DNA of 64,000 nucleotides from Dimorphilus gyrociliatus (lineage: Eukaryota; Animalia; Annelida), in contig CAJFCJ010000003.1 in NCBI GenBank assembly GCA_904063045.1, positions 310,001 through 374,000 of the forward strand, in the 5' to 3' direction. Shown in pieces: positions 26,939 through 41,172 of this stretch (position 1 is its first letter; every line of letters begins with the position of its first letter). A program made the translations under genes and the position numbers. The notes beneath the pieces were generated by a model. It worked only from the letters and a program-made list of their open reading frames with translations. It searched no databases and was not told the DNA's origin.

Positions 26939-29900
26939 GGGGGGATGGGTAATATGCAAGATCCAATTATCTATGAATATTTATAAAACACTCTTTTTAT
27001 TTTTGTTTATGCCTTTAAGCTAAGTTTATAATTAAAATTTGAATAATTACTTTTTAATATTGTATTGTAAATACTATTATTAGTATTACTAACCTAGAAA
27101 TGTAAATATGGCTATAAGTAAAGAATACTATCTATTTAGCTGAATTTCTTATGTGTAATAACAAATAATGAACTTTATTATTTGAATTATAAAGGTTTCA
27201 ATGTCATTTCATAACTTTAGTTTTCTTGTTGATTGTCATGAAAAAGAAATATCTTTATTCTTTCTCCACTTTGGAGTTTGATATAAAAAGACATTATGCT
27301 TCAAATATTAAATATATCTTTGTTTGTTTCTTTCTTTCTCTTTCTCTCTCTCTCTCTATTTCTATCTCCAGTTTTTCAGTCCTCTTTTTTTTATTTGGTA
27401 TTTAGATCAGATAAATTCGGTGATAATCTAATAAATTATACATTCCTCTTGCTAATTCAGCTTGTATATCATTCGAATAAAAAATACATCAGTTATATTC
27501 TATCCCTTGTGCTTTGTATGACCAGATATATCATAGACTATTATGATGATTTCTTTTTCGTCGTGCGTCTCTTATGAAGAGATTAGATTTGAAATGATTA
27601 AAGATGAGTTTCATTATTCATTCTTGTCATATCTGTCTAATCAATACACCTTGAAAGAGAGTAGAGGGATATTACACATTGAAGAGACTCAATCAATCAT
27701 GTATTAATATGTGTTTTTTATTTGAACGAGTTTACCTCTTTTTCCAAGATTTCAGCAAGTTTTACCTTGTTTTATTTGAAAAAAGAGTCAAGACTTTTTG
27801 AGATACTTGCTCAAATTGAATAAATAATTACAGAGCATATGGTGAATTTGCTTATCTCGTCTGACTTTCTGAAATAGGCGTCACGTAAATGAAAAGTGTT
27901 TTAATAATAAATAGAAATGTTTATTATAGTAGTTTTAATATTTTAGTTTAAACGGGAATTTTTGAAGAGATATTCTTTAAATAGGATTAATAAATATTGT
28001 TGAAAAATAGATAAATCACTCTCTTCTAAACTGCTAATCAATTGAAGCAGGACGTAAAATCATTTTACTCAGAAGTTGGTAAACAGTCTGCCAATAAATC
28101 CCCCCGTCTCTTCTAAAAGAAAAGACTAAATCTACCCTCAGGTGCTATTTATTGCAGTTGATAGTCCGTCTAATTTTATGGTGCGACACGCTTTTCCCTA
28201 TTGACCGACATCTAATTGATACTCCTCTCATTTTCTCTGTCTCTTTTTAAGCCTGTCTTATTTTTGTGAAAGACCAACATATCGTGCATTTCATTCCCCT
28301 TCTCCTCAACGTCAAAAAGGCGATTATTGTCCAACCGTTAAGCATAAAAAGAGACTGAAATGCGTTGATTTATTATTATAAACACTTCTCAATACACTGG
28401 CGTATGTTGAATTCGCAATTCGACTAGTTTTCACGGTCAGTAAGCCTGGCAATCAAGAACAGATAAAATATTTAGTGTTTTGCGTTTGGCATTATTGCTT
28501 TTCAGTCCACTGCAATACTATAAAGTTTTACTGTACTACTGCAAAATTTTTCAAAGATTAGATAGCACGCAAGGCTATATAACCTATAAGCGTTTGAATT
28601 TTGATGGAATCCTTGTCAATTTTTTTTCACCGCCATAAAAAGAAAAAGGCTTTAGGGTAAGATGTACAGTACACAAAAAAGAAGGAAGCAAACTTTTCCA
28701 TCTACCGTAAAGCAAATACTATATAGAGTTCAATAGCAATAGGCGTCTCTTTCTACTAGATTTAACTTGGCATTAATCAATCTATAGCTACAATTCGTCT
28801 GATAAATTATCAATTCACGTACAGTTGAGATATAACGTAAATAAGTGATTTTTTACTTTATATCACTGAATAATAATATTAATTCTACGAGTTTTTAGAT
28901 AAAAGTTAATTATAAATTGACAATATTTTCCGTACACTTCTCTTACCAAATATGACAAAATCTAATTACATTTTTTATAAGTCATCAACCTAATGCAAAA
29001 TAAGAACACATATACAGATATACAGTAATATTGATATAACTTGCACCATTTTTCTCTATTGTATTATATTTTCTAAACAGTTGAAAAATCTAGATTGATG
29101 GATCTAATATTCAGTTTGTTTTGTTTCTTTGTTACATAAATGCTATTTGAAATGGATTAGACAACTTTCATTTTGGTAACATTTTATATATATTTATATA
29201 TTTGATAATGTAATATAAAAGAAAAAGATACGCTTTTACATTTTTAGATGAAATATGCACCCCTACAAATAAAGAAGATAAAGGAAGCAGTTTTTAGCTG
29301 TGAAACTATAACTGATGTATAGAGGAAAAAGGAATGTAACGCTGTTTTTATTCAATTATTTCCATTTATGCGGTCTGTAGAACAAATTAATCATTTTCTT
29401 TTTCTAATGGCTTAATGAAAGTATGTTTTAGAAGTTTTGAAGTTATTTTTTTGAGCAAGTCTTTCATGATAAAGGAGCAGAAGGTGGAAGGAAGAAGAAG
29501 GGGAAAAAGAAAATTTATCGTGGATTAATGTCTCGGAAAGAAAGATGCTGTGAAATTCTTATCTGAAATCGTTGGTAATTCCGGCTGGTAAACGATCGGA
29601 ATGGCCTACATTTTCGCTCAATGTTTAGTAATATATTAAATGAATGTTTGGCCACTGTTTAAACTAAACTATAATTTGTTTAAATAATTTATCATTAAAA
29701 TTTTCTGTTTAAAACAAACAACCAATTAATTTCTTTTGATGTAGGAGGATGGTTAAATAGACGAATAAATGGATGGATGGTGGATGGATTGAAGGGAAGA
29801 AGCCAGCAAATAATCTATAGAAATAATGGATATAAAAAGAAAAAAAAACAAGTCGAGAGAGAGAGAGAGAGAAGAGAGAGACAGAGATTGAGAGAATGAA

Positions 29901-32036
29901 GGAGAGAGGAAGGGAGTAAGTGAGATAATTCTTATTTAGGTTAGTCTTGAAACGTGACTGAGCAACTTCCAGTCGCGAATGGAAATGTAACAAGTAATTG
30001 TTACTATATACGTTTACAATGAAATAAGAAATTTTAGTGGAAACAATTACTAATTAACCATAGAAAAGTATTTTAAACAGCTTTTTATATTAATTACATT
30101 TAACTTGAATTTCTTGCTTATTTTTTAACGTAAAGACTGAGTGAAAACCTGTAATTTTTAATTATAAAAAGTATTATAAGAATTGTAGTTGTCAGTTATC
30201 TAAATCCCTACGTGATACACTGAATGCTCTTCCCTGATAGAACAGTTTAAAGGATCAATTGTACCTTTTATTTTATAATTGTATAGCTTCTATAGCACTG
30301 TAAATTGACATCTAATATATTTTTTACAAGCATTAGACCATAGTGCTCAAAAATCCCTAATGATAATTTAAGAAATACAATGTAACAGATAAGTTATCCT
30401 TTCTCTACTATATCTATTCTCGTTTCTCTCTTCCGTGTCTCTCTCTATCTCTCTCGTCCACTATATTTATTAACTATCCATTTTTCAGGTCACGGTTTAA
30501 TAGCTTCCAACTGATGGAATTTTTTAAAGAAAGTATTTTACAGCCTTTAAATAATAAATCGCTTCTGTTACCTCCATACTTCCTAAAATTGGCAATAAGA
30601 GTTTTCAATACTTAAATATTAAAGAATAAATAGGAGATTCTTGGGATTAGTAACTTCTTTAGCAAATATAAAAAATTTATTAGGTTAAATTTCCCTCCTT
30701 AAACCTTTTCTTTCTTTTTCTTTTAAAATAAAAATTATTAATAAAGAGAAATGTAAATGAAGCATTCTTTTCCGATTATCTAGACAAACTAAACAAAAAA
30801 TCTCTCTCTCTCTCTTCCTCATTATCTTGTTCTCCTTCCCCTCCTTTCTCTCGCCTTCACCTATTTGTTCATATCCTTTAGTCACTGCAATAGCTACCCC
30901 GCTCTCTCCCTCACTCACTTCATCCCTCTTTCGCTCATTTTGTATTATTCTCTACTTTAAAAGCAAAACAACGCTAATAGCTTTGCAATTTACAAATAAC
31001 AGCTTGTTTTATAACGTCAGTATAGAGGGAAAAAATGGGAAATAGATCAGTTTTTCCCTCTTATAATTGTTATTTTCGATTTTTTTACTGGTTATTTTCT
31101 TACCTTGATTTACACATACTATTAAGAAATTTACGTTTTAATCTAATTCTTTATTGACTTCCAACAAAGTTACCTGTAAATTAACCTTTCTTATATTGGT
31201 AGCAAATTAAGATTAATTGGATGCTTGCAGAGATAAATCAAAAACACTTGACTCTGGTAAGAGTAGAAGAAACAAAGAAAGATAGATAATAGAGAAGAAA
31301 AGAGACGAACAAGTGAGAAAAGGGAGAAAATTAAACAAGAATTAGTATTAAGAATACTACGGATATATATATATATGAATATTAATATAAATATAGTATG
31401 TACTCTATTACTGTACATCTAGGACGAGAAATAGAATAAAAGGCAAGCAATTACTACTATCACTAAAAAGGGCAGTAAGGGATTTTTTTCGCTTTTTTAG
31501 GCTGTATAAACAAAACAGCCATTTATCTATATATCTGGAAAAAGTTAAGTATTTATGGTTTAGCACTTTCTGAAATTGGTAATTGACTGCAACGAAGAAT
31601 ATATACCACAAGCGTATTTTCCTTTCTCACCAGTTCACCGGTCATAGCAGATGTTTTTATTCTTTTACAGTAAAAAGTTGTAACCGATTGTTGACTAGAA
31701 AATAAATTTAAGACTATATTTAATCCTATAACTGAATAGTAATAGGACATGGGCGTAGTAAGCTAAGAAATAGAGGGAAAACGCTACAGAACAACAATCG
31801 TTCATCTATATGGGATTTTCCACATGGTCAAGTCGCCAAAGTTTACTCTACTGTATTTTATCGTTGCGGTCAGAGTAGGAAAAAAACTACTATAGAAAGA
31901 AAACGTTAGCATAATACGAAGTGTTGATGAAGAGAAATTGATTTTCAACGTGGAATTTATATATTTTATTTCGTCAAACAAGAGATCAACTCAAAAACTT
32001 ACCTGCGAAAGCAATAAGTATAAGGAGAATAATCAT
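22643..32036 (-). CDS. Secretory-pathway multi-pass membrane protein with right-handed beta-helix (pectin-lyase fold, Pmp-type repeats), Cys-rich juxtamembrane region and about 9-10 TM segments, 1137 aa; exons 32003-32036, 25180-26507, 22643-24694
   Basis: The signal exon MIILLILIAFA G|gtaagt (phase 1) joins ctag|AT TCA at 26507. The sequence continues DIFYVTRSGLNRETCGSRSIPCLTI, with repeated FxxN...GGAI-type motifs (FLTNQVWHAGAAIRI, FINNQGG, KGGAIWI, FLNNTSSLLGGSIFV), then CPFGGDC...NFWG...CPQNYCC...CAPFREGILCGRC, then hydrophobic helices. The exons total 3414 nt (1138 codons). Confidence 0.9.
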
Positions 32037-32117
32037 CGTGTTCGTGAGGAAACTGCAATAGTTACTTTCCAGTTGGCATCGTGATGAATGAGACAGTTTT
32101 TGAGAATAGAGAACGCC

Positions 32118-32141
32118 TATTGGCCGTCTTTGGTCACGTGA
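32118..32141 (-). promoter_or_regulatory. Proximal promoter of the beta-helix membrane gene: TCACGTGA E-box (32134-32141) and CCAAT box
   Basis: The plus strand reads ctattggcc...ggtcacgtgata, 80-105 bp upstream of the minus-strand ATG at 32036. Confidence 0.5.
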
Positions 32142-34328
32142 TAAGCTTGATACGCTTCAGGGTGCATCGAAAACATATCGCTTATCTTTATTATTGATCT
32201 GCCTGTGATATTAAATATATTGCAGACATAAAAGGGAAACTAAAGAAAGAAAAGCAGTAGCAGTTGCTTTTTTCCTTATTGACCCCTCCTTATCCAATAT
32301 TCTTAAATATTAAGGTATTCTTTCTTCCTCATACTTTTCTATATGTTCAACATGAATGCTCGTCAATACAATTTGAATTTATCCATTAATGGATCTCCGT
32401 GCAGAACGTAAACATAAATGATTTAGCATACAATATGCAGTACGTACAGCAATAGGTATATATATAAATATAGAAATATATATGCAGTATATAATAAATA
32501 TGTATAATACATAATACATTTTGCAGATAAACTTATACGTACATTCAAAATTGCCGTGTAAATTAATATATAGATCAATAAAAGTATAATAATTTATGAT
32601 AACTATCTCTTTCTGTATAATATCCTTAATTAGCTCTTTAATTATCATTATAATGCATATACTGTATAAATAAATATATATACTGTATATATGTGTGTGT
32701 ATGTGTGAACAGTCGTAACCTCGCAACTACTTTTATTCTGTTTACACTGCAAAAGAGTCAAATATCCTAATATCTTCTCATGATTTATCATTTACTAAGT
32801 AGGAGATTAAAAGTCCATCACTAATTTGTGTTTCCTTTAGCCATAAACCAAAGAGCAAGATGTATATATATATATATATATATATACATATATATAGCCT
32901 TCTCCGTCTTCTAATATTTTAATGATATAAGAGGAGATTCATTTCATAATTTACTTACAATTCTATTTTAATCGTTGTTTATTCATATATTGGCAATAGT
33001 ATTGATAATAGTGCTAACATAATTGTATTTTAATATATATTAAAATATTTCTTGTCTTTTCTTTCAGGTTAATTTGAGAAATTTTACTAAACATTAATAA
33101 CAAATTCACTGATATTCTTATTCTATTTTTTCAAGATTAATACTATATATATATATATATATATATATTTAGCCAATGCGTAATAAGATTTTTTAAAAGC
33201 CTGACCCAATTCGGTGTAAATTCGATTTGCCTCTAAACACAGTTCGTCCTTGAGATCATGGTATTCCTCCCTAACAGAAATCTAGACAAAGTGCATGTAG
33301 AGGAATATTACGATGTGAGAAAAAATATCAGAAAACTGAAAAGTGTTGATGCTATAAAAAAAATTACAGAGTACAAAAAAGAAAGAACAACAAATAAAAG
33401 ACTACAATTAATCAATGAAAAATTGATATTCTTATGGATTTTTTATTTAGAAAATTCATATTTCTTTATTCCTTCAATTAATGTTTAATCTTAAAAGAAG
33501 AAAGAAATTAAACTACAAAGTCTATACTAATAATCTTATTTCTTTTTCTACCTCTCTTTCCTCGAACCCTTCTCTCTATCTTTCATTTTTTGTCTCTGCT
33601 CTCTTCCACCTATCCGTTTTAGTAAATCTTACTTTATCCCTTTTCACCGGATTTTTACCGACTTTTGTTAATGTGTTAATGGAAGTTTTACAATTTTATC
33701 TTTTCCAATTTTTTTAAGCCTCTGTTATTAAACAGCAAAATCAGCGAAATAAATTTTTCATACATTTATTCAATATCTAATGGAAAAGACATGTTTTTAA
33801 CGTAAAGTGTTCTTTATATGCTATATATATATATATATTAATACCTATTTACAGTTGATGTTTTCAAGAGAGGATGAAATACCAGTAGAAAAGAAATACA
33901 GTACTTACAATATGTACTGCATGTTACCGTCTCAAAAAATTCATTATTTCTTGTTCTTTGTAAGGTTATATCAAAAATGATGGAATACTGCAAAAAAAAA
34001 AGAAACAACAAAACAAAAAAGACGAAAACAGGTGAAAAATACTTTTATACGTATTCCTGTAATAATTAATTGCGAAAAAGTTACAAACATTTGCGGTTTT
34101 TACTGCATACACTTGCGTACTATCATATTTATATATATATATATATATATACTTTATATATACAGTATATGAACTCGAAGTATAAAGAATTGCAGTCTAG
34201 TCTAGTTGCAGATTTAGTCTCATTTTCTGAAGCTGAATATTTTGTCTTTTCATTATTTAATATAAGTTATAATACTGGAAAAAAAGAGGGTCATGAGAAT
34301 ATATTAAACTAGATAGCTTGCCTATTTA

Positions 34329-34331
<3 letters not shown>

Positions 34332-34373
<42 letters not shown>
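34332..34373. repeat. (TA)n microsatellite
   Basis: About 21 TA units. Confidence 0.95.
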
Positions 34374-34376
<3 letters not shown>

Positions 34377-35130
34377 TTATTTATATATGTATATTATTTT
34401 TATATACTTGAATAATAATTAAATATCAGTTGAGAATCTATTAACGCTATCCTCAATTGATACTAACGAAAAGAGTTTTTGGATAGATTATTGAAGCGAA
34501 CAATTTTACAGTCGATTAACGTCCGGCAAAATAACCATGGCGTCATAGTTAATGATGGAGTGCAGAAAAAATCGAGAGCGCTTTTTTGTCCTTGTTTGTT
34601 AGATCGATAGAAAAAACGTGCGAAAAGACGCAGGTGCTGTTTTAGTTGACTGCAAAAAGGTTGGAAACGGTTTCCTCCTTGACTTTCCTGACTGGAAATT
34701 GAGCGTGATTGCTCACTGGTTTTTTGGAAAAAATTGTGGAAAATCTAAGTTAATGATGTGTTGATAATTTTCTGGGCGATAAATAAGAATTATCTTGCCT
34801 GCAAATGCTTCTGTCCAATCATTTTATTTTTTTTAACTTGGTCACCAAAAATGTCTAAAAAAGACGTTTCTTCATTTCCTTCTCGATTTCTTGATCAATG
34901 AAATCCAGTATTGTAAATACTAAATACAGAAATTTAATTTCTGTATTCTCCACTAGACGGCAGTCATATTACAGATGGCGACTCTATTATTTCTTCCCAA
35001 CGGCAAATATTGCTAAGAAGAAATAAATTTGTCGCAAAAGTTTATCTTATGAAAAACCATCTCTGCATAAAAAATAAATCTATTTTTAGAAATATATGTT
35101 ATGCAAATATATATAAATATATATACTAAT

Positions 35131-35170
35131 ATATACAGTATATATATATATATATATATATACTGTATAT
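35131..35170. repeat. Perfect 40-bp palindrome ATATACAGTA(TA)10TACTGTATAT
   Basis: Read directly; the arms are exact reverse complements around a (TA)n core. Confidence 0.9.
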
Positions 35171-35862
35171 GCATATATGTATATAAATAATGGTTATTTG
35201 AATAATTAATAATTAAAACTAGATAAGCCAAGTTATTAGAGAGGGAAAAGAAATTCTAAAGCATGAGTAACTGATTTGTTGAATAGGTTAAAACTAAATA
35301 GCTTATCAAGTTAACTTATTACTAGTTATCTTCTTGCAAAGTTATTCTTACATAATTTATGTAAATGAAGATTTATCAAAGAGGATAAAACAGGGAAACT
35401 CTTCTCATCGTATATATGCAATTTCTCTCATATATAGTAAAAATCACATGACCTCTCTGTCTCTATATGTGTAAGTTTATTTATACATATGTGTCTATCT
35501 GTTATTATGTCTATCTGTCTGTCCGTCCGTGATTCTCTCTCTCTCCTTCTGCCTGTCTCTCCCTCTCTCTACTCTTTCTATAATACAAACAGGAATTATC
35601 CTAATGAAAAAGTACTTATGGAAAAATCTAGAAATATTGGTAATGTATGTTATTTTGCAGGTCAATTCGCTTCTAAACCCTTCTATTAGTAATATAAATA
35701 TATACTGCATATATACAGTTGATAGAAAAACAACTATTGTACATAGAAATCATTTTTTGACAGATGAATAATGAAAAACAAGAAAATATAAAAACCAAAA
35801 GAAAAACATAACAGATGAAATAAATTACTGCACTTGATGGTACGGCGTTGGTAAAACTTGCC

Positions 35863-35869
35863 TATAAAA
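35863..35869 (+). promoter_or_regulatory. TATA box of the lev-9-like gene
   Basis: TATAAAA preceded by GCC, 49-55 bp upstream of the ATG at 35918. Confidence 0.6.
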
Positions 35870-35917
35870 AGTGAGCCACAACGAACAAGGCGTCACTTTA
35901 GAGACGCTTTGACAAGC

Positions 35918-38900
35918 ATGAACGCGACTCTCGCAAGCTTACTCCTATCAATTTTACTTGCTTCATGCGTTGGTAAGTAAGAATGTTTACTAATATTTCA
36001 TGTAACGAAACGAAAATATGGAAAGAATGAGAAGAAACTGAAAAAATATTGACAACTTTTTTCTCTGCTTTTTCTTTCTTTTCGCCGTCGTAGTTAAGAA
36101 TTTAAAGATGAAACTATCTAACAAAGAGATGCATAGTTGAAAATATAATTAACCTGTTACTCATGAATTCTTTTATTAATTAGAATTAGATAACTATAGC
36201 TTAGAATCAGAGATAGAGTTAGATAAAGAAGGAAAGTAGAATTGAGGAGACATACACACACAGAGGGAAGTGAAGAAACGCAAAGAAAGAGAAAAAGAAA
36301 AAATATAAAAGAAAGGACATAGAGTACATATTTTAAAGAAGTTCGCCTGTAATTTCTATACAAATGACATTGGAAAGTTAAAATTAAAATATTTATAGAT
36401 TTTCATTACCAGAGATGAATAGGATTGAATTGGAGAGAAACGTTTGAGAATAGAGTTGATGGGCTTTAGTTTAAAGAATGACTTTCTTGTAGAAGAGAAA
36501 AGAAAGGCACAATAATTCTTTTAGTTCTTTCTCTATTTATTTAACATTAATTTTTCTTTTTCTTCTTTTGGTAAACATTTATAGAAAAGTAAAGGATAAA
36601 GGAACAATGGAAAAAATAGGAAATCTATATAAAAGTTCTTGACAGGGTAAATTAATGCAAACAAAACAGATTTTACAAATAGATAATAACTGAACGGATG
36701 ATCAAGAAAGTCGTTCTATGATCGATAGACTTCTTGATTTCAATCAAATAAATAGAAAGAAAAAGTTCTATTATTTGGATAATAGGTAGATTAACGTCAA
36801 TTATTTCCTCCAAATTTTTCCGAGCTGATCAATATTCCAATAAGTTAAATAAATGTGTTTGTTATTCCTATTCACTCCAAAGCTAATTAGGCGATGATGA
36901 TCAAGGTCTCCGATAAATCGAACTTTCTTATCGTTGGTTATAAATTCTTCTTTATAAGCAATATCCGCTCTTTTTTACCATTCTATTTTTGTATATCTTC
37001 CGCTGATTAACTGAAAATCTAACCATTTTGCAGTGGACGCAAGTTGTACTAGAAAATTAGATGTCAAGAGAAAATGTCTGAAAAAATGTAATTCGAACTC
37101 TGACTGCAGAGGACGAAAGAAGAAGTGCTTTTGCGACGGTGATTGCGGAATGAGTTGTGTCAGACACAGTAATAACTTTTTCATTCAATTCTATGTTATT
37201 CTAATTTAATTAATTATCTTAATATTTCTATAGACAGAAAATGTAAAGAAGTTTTGTCAATTCTACACGGGGCTGTTGACGTAAAACCATATAATCGTTT
37301 TAATGCAAAAGCCCGTTATTCCTGCGACGAAGGTTACACACTCAACGGACCAGATGTAAGGGTTTGTAGAGGAGATGGAAAATGGGGTTTAACTGCTCCA
37401 TCATGCGAAATTGAAGGAAAATGTCCTCCACCTCCGCACATTTCACACGCAAAACCGGATTCTCTACCCGGCCGAAAATATTTCAATGTCGGAGACAGAA
37501 TTTACTACTCGTGCGAAATAGGCTACGACCCTGAAGGATTTTCCATCATAGCCTGTTTAGATAATGGTCTATGGACTAAGCATACAATTAAGTGTAATCG
37601 TAAGTAATTTTTTGGCTCAAAAATTCCATTATTTATCATTTGTTTATAACATATTGATGATAGTTTTACAAACAAACTTAACATTTGTTTACCGAAGAAA
37701 CTAAATAGAAAAAAAGAAAACGAAAGAAAGATAAAAAAATCTCTTCTCCCTTTCTCTGACTCGTCTAAATAAATAGAGTTTAGACCTCTTTCTTCCTCCT
37801 ACTCTCTCCATATATATACTGTTTATATATAATTTAGACAATATATTTACCAAGTTATAAAAACTATAAATTCCTCTGCTAGTACAGCTAATCTATCCTA
37901 TTATTTAAACTCGTCCAAACCTCAAAACTATATTTTTAACATGCTACTAGAATTAATTAAATTCTTCCTATTGAATAGCTAAGGCATGCCCGGATCCTGG
38001 TCATATTCACAATGGAGTTAGACAAGTCGGTGATTTTGTATATATGAGTAAAGTGAATTTTACCTGTAACGAAGGTTACCAATTACATGGAAGTCAGTCG
38101 TTAAAGTGCAATTCGAGCGGAAAATGGGAAGGAGTAAAGCCTCATTGTCTACGTAAGTTCTCTATATGGAATTTCCCTTTGAAATTGAGGTTCATTAAAA
38201 ACAATTTACTTCACTTACGATGAATATGATAGTATCTATGGCAATAACAATAAATTGATAGTTTTAATAATCAACAGCAATAAAATGTCCTCTCTTGAAA
38301 AATCCTTCAAATGGAGAAGTTGTATACTGGAATAGGAACAGGAAATATATCAAAAAGAACCTTATCAGTTTAAAGTACGGTGACAAAGCGACATTCAATT
38401 GTATGAGAGGATTCGAGATAAAAGGAGATAGGGAAAGGATTTGTTCCGCCAATGAAAGATGGAGCGGCGAGTCAGCAAGATGTGCAAGTATGACAATTAC
38501 TTTATCTCTTTCTTTTTCTTCCTAGTAATATTAAAGGAGTGTAAGAGTCTTTTGAACAACTTCATCTCTACCTATCATTTACCAATGCAATAGATCACTT
38601 ACGACATTAATGCTCTTTCGACTCAATTCTACTGTAATCAATTTTACTTTTGCGTCTTATAGAAAGAATCTCTAGGCCTAATTTTAATGACTGCTTAACC
38701 TTTTAATTTTCTTCATTATTGAATATCTAGTGGTGTATAGTGTATAGTGTAAATATATATACATATGTATGTGTCAGGTTAATACAAAGTCATTGTGCAG
38801 AGCATTCTGACTGATAACTTTAGACAGAATCATTGAAAAAATGTAGAATTTAACGACTTTTCACTGTTAATAATTGAATCTTTTTGCTTTATTATTATAT

Positions 38901-40473
38901 TTCTTCTGTTGATAGTTGTCGATTGTGGATATCCCGGCCATGTTCCCCATGGAATGATTACTTCACCGATAAAGACAACTTTTGGCGTTAAATTAACATT
39001 TAGGTATAAGAATCCTTTCAGAAACAGTATTCCTCTTAAGTTAACTTGTCGTTAATAGTATCAGCATTTAATATTTTTCTTTCGCCTTCTCTTCAGATGC
39101 GCTAATAGATCAACACACAAAGGTCACATGGCCATAACATGCCAAGAGAATGGAAGATGGGATCATAGCCCTCCTCTATGTTTAAGTATGTAAACAACGT
39201 TTACTAAACAATTGTTTCTCGAACATTTTTCATAATTTGTCTCCTAATTTTTCAATAGAGCAATGTACAGTTCCTAAAGTAAGACACGCGAAAGTCTACA
39301 CTTCTCACAATGACAATGTTGGAATTGTTCAATATTTTAATCACGACAATTATGTAGTGATTTCGTGTAAGAAGGGATACGCCTTAGAGAATCGGCATAA
39401 GAAGAAATCATTCTGTAATAATGGTAATAAAGGAATTTACAGTTCATCCCTTTGAAAGTCCTCTTGTCCTAAGGGCTATTTTCAGCCTAATGGTAAAAGA
39501 CACGTATAAAGTGAAACTTTTCGTACGGCGTTTAGCCTAAAATGGTATTATCGGCTTTTTTCACTAGGCGATATCCCTTTAAGATAATATGCAAATAGTC
39601 TGCATTAGATGTGTAGAGAGAATTTTCATTTATTAGGAGGAAAAGAAAAACAGTATCCTTTGCTCGAAAGAGAAACTACATCTACAACAATAAGATTCTA
39701 GTTTTACTGTGTATCCCTTGTGATCACCTCTTAAAACCAATTCAGATAGCCATATATAAATATACTGTTTCCTTTAGGTACATGGGAAGATCTGCCATCT
39801 TGCGTCCCAGCTCCGTGTGCCAGACGTCCTCCTAGCTTGGAGAATTTGGAGAGCGGCGTTATGCGCTTTAATAGTAATCAGCACGGGGCCGAAGCCAAGT
39901 ACGAGTGCTTTAGTGGTTTTATTTTAAAAGGACATCCAACCGTAAAATGTCAAAAGGGTCGTTGGGTTGGACACAGGTAACTTTCAATTATAGAGCGCCA
40001 TCTATTGTATATAAAGAGTTTCATTATATTTTAACGTTGTCTTTCTCTTTCAGACCGCGATGTATACCAATAGTTTGTGAACAACCGGGAGGAATAAGAA
40101 ATGGTTTGGTCTACCTTGTAGGGAAGATGGGTAGATACAAATACGAAGAGTATACGAATAGAAGAAGGCATACAGATCAATTAGAGTTTGAAGTAAATAT
40201 ATAAATTATTATAGATATTCCTATAAGAAGAATAGGAATGAAAATGCCCCGTTAAATACGTTACTTTTATATTAGTTTTAATAATCAATTCTACTAATTG
40301 ATTTATTTCTTTAATAGTGTAATTCCGGATATAAATTACAAGGTCCTAGAGGAACTACTTGTATTAACGGAAAATGGAGTCCAGATAAATCAAGTTTTCC
40401 TAAGTGTGTACCAAAAATGCATCCTTTATTCATTGGATATCAAGGAAAAAGGAAATTTCACACTTTCTTTTAA
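35918..40473 (+). CDS. lev-9: LEV-9-like secreted protein: signal peptide + WAP-like domain + 8 sushi/CCP domains, 591 aa; exons 35918-35972, 37034-37168, 37234-37599, 37979-38152, 38278-38487, 38916-39003, 39097-39185, 39259-39423, 39778-39976, 40054-40192, 40318-40473
   Basis: Signal peptide MNATLASLLLSILLASCV, a WAP-like domain CLKKCNSNSDCRGRKKKCFCDGDCGMSC, and eight C-x-P...G...C...W...P-x-C modules counted by hand. This matches the WAP + 8 CCP architecture of C. elegans LEV-9. The exons total 1776 nt (592 codons). Confidence 0.88.
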
Positions 40474-40770
40474 TTTTCAGTTTGCTAATACAGTATAAGA
40501 TATTTTTTAATTAGCAAAGCTACAATACGTGTTTGTTTACACTTGTACATATCCATAATTATATAAGTATGTATATATATATATATTATATATATATATA
40601 TATATAAATTTATATATATGTATTACCTCTTTACAATCATGCCTAAATAATCGATTTTGTCCTCTTTAATAATCTTTAAGTTAACTCTGAGAAATAAATT
40701 AAATTAAATATATTTAATAAGCTTTCAAATGAAATAATCAATTAAATTATATATTAATATATATATATAT

Positions 40771-40792
40771 ATACTGTATATATATACAGTAT
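40771..40792. repeat. Perfect 22-bp palindrome ATACTGTATATATATACAGTAT
   Basis: Read directly. Confidence 0.9.
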
Positions 40793-41172
40793 AAAATGAA
40801 AGGGTAATATTTAAATGGTGAATGGAGAGGGTAAAAAGGGAGAAGGATTCTATTGAAGTAAGAAAATATAATAATCAACTTAATACTCTATCGATGTACA
40901 CAAGATCACTGGTTAAATTATTGAAATAAGTATACTTAAATTTTTTATTCTCTCTTAATCCAATGATATTTTCATAATCTACTTAATCGTATAGAATTTA
41001 TAAAGTTTTTATCTTCATTAATAATATACTATATATATACAATATATATAGAGTTTTATTCTATATTATTCAATTAATATGTGATTAAAGCCTACTTGTA
41101 AATGAGTTGAATAGATTAAAAACTCTCGTATTATAAGGGATATTTAATGTTCAAAAGTATCGAAAGAGAGGA

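Noticed and set aside
27543-27707. About 55-codon plus-strand ORF within intron 1 of the beta-helix gene (possible nested gene)
   Set aside because: I could not build a phase-consistent exon chain or recognise a motif.
32379-35231. Several Tyr/Ile-rich ORFs (32379-32726, 34070-34312, 35013-35231; likewise 44643-44891 and 53567-53773)
   Set aside because: They are translations of (TA)n microsatellite regions.
40772-40791. Exact match to the E. coli LexA SOS-box consensus TACTG(TA)5CAGTA
   Set aside because: The context is an intron-containing animal genome with no LexA system. The match is explained by the dispersed TACTGTA/TACAGTA motif flanking a (TA)n tract.
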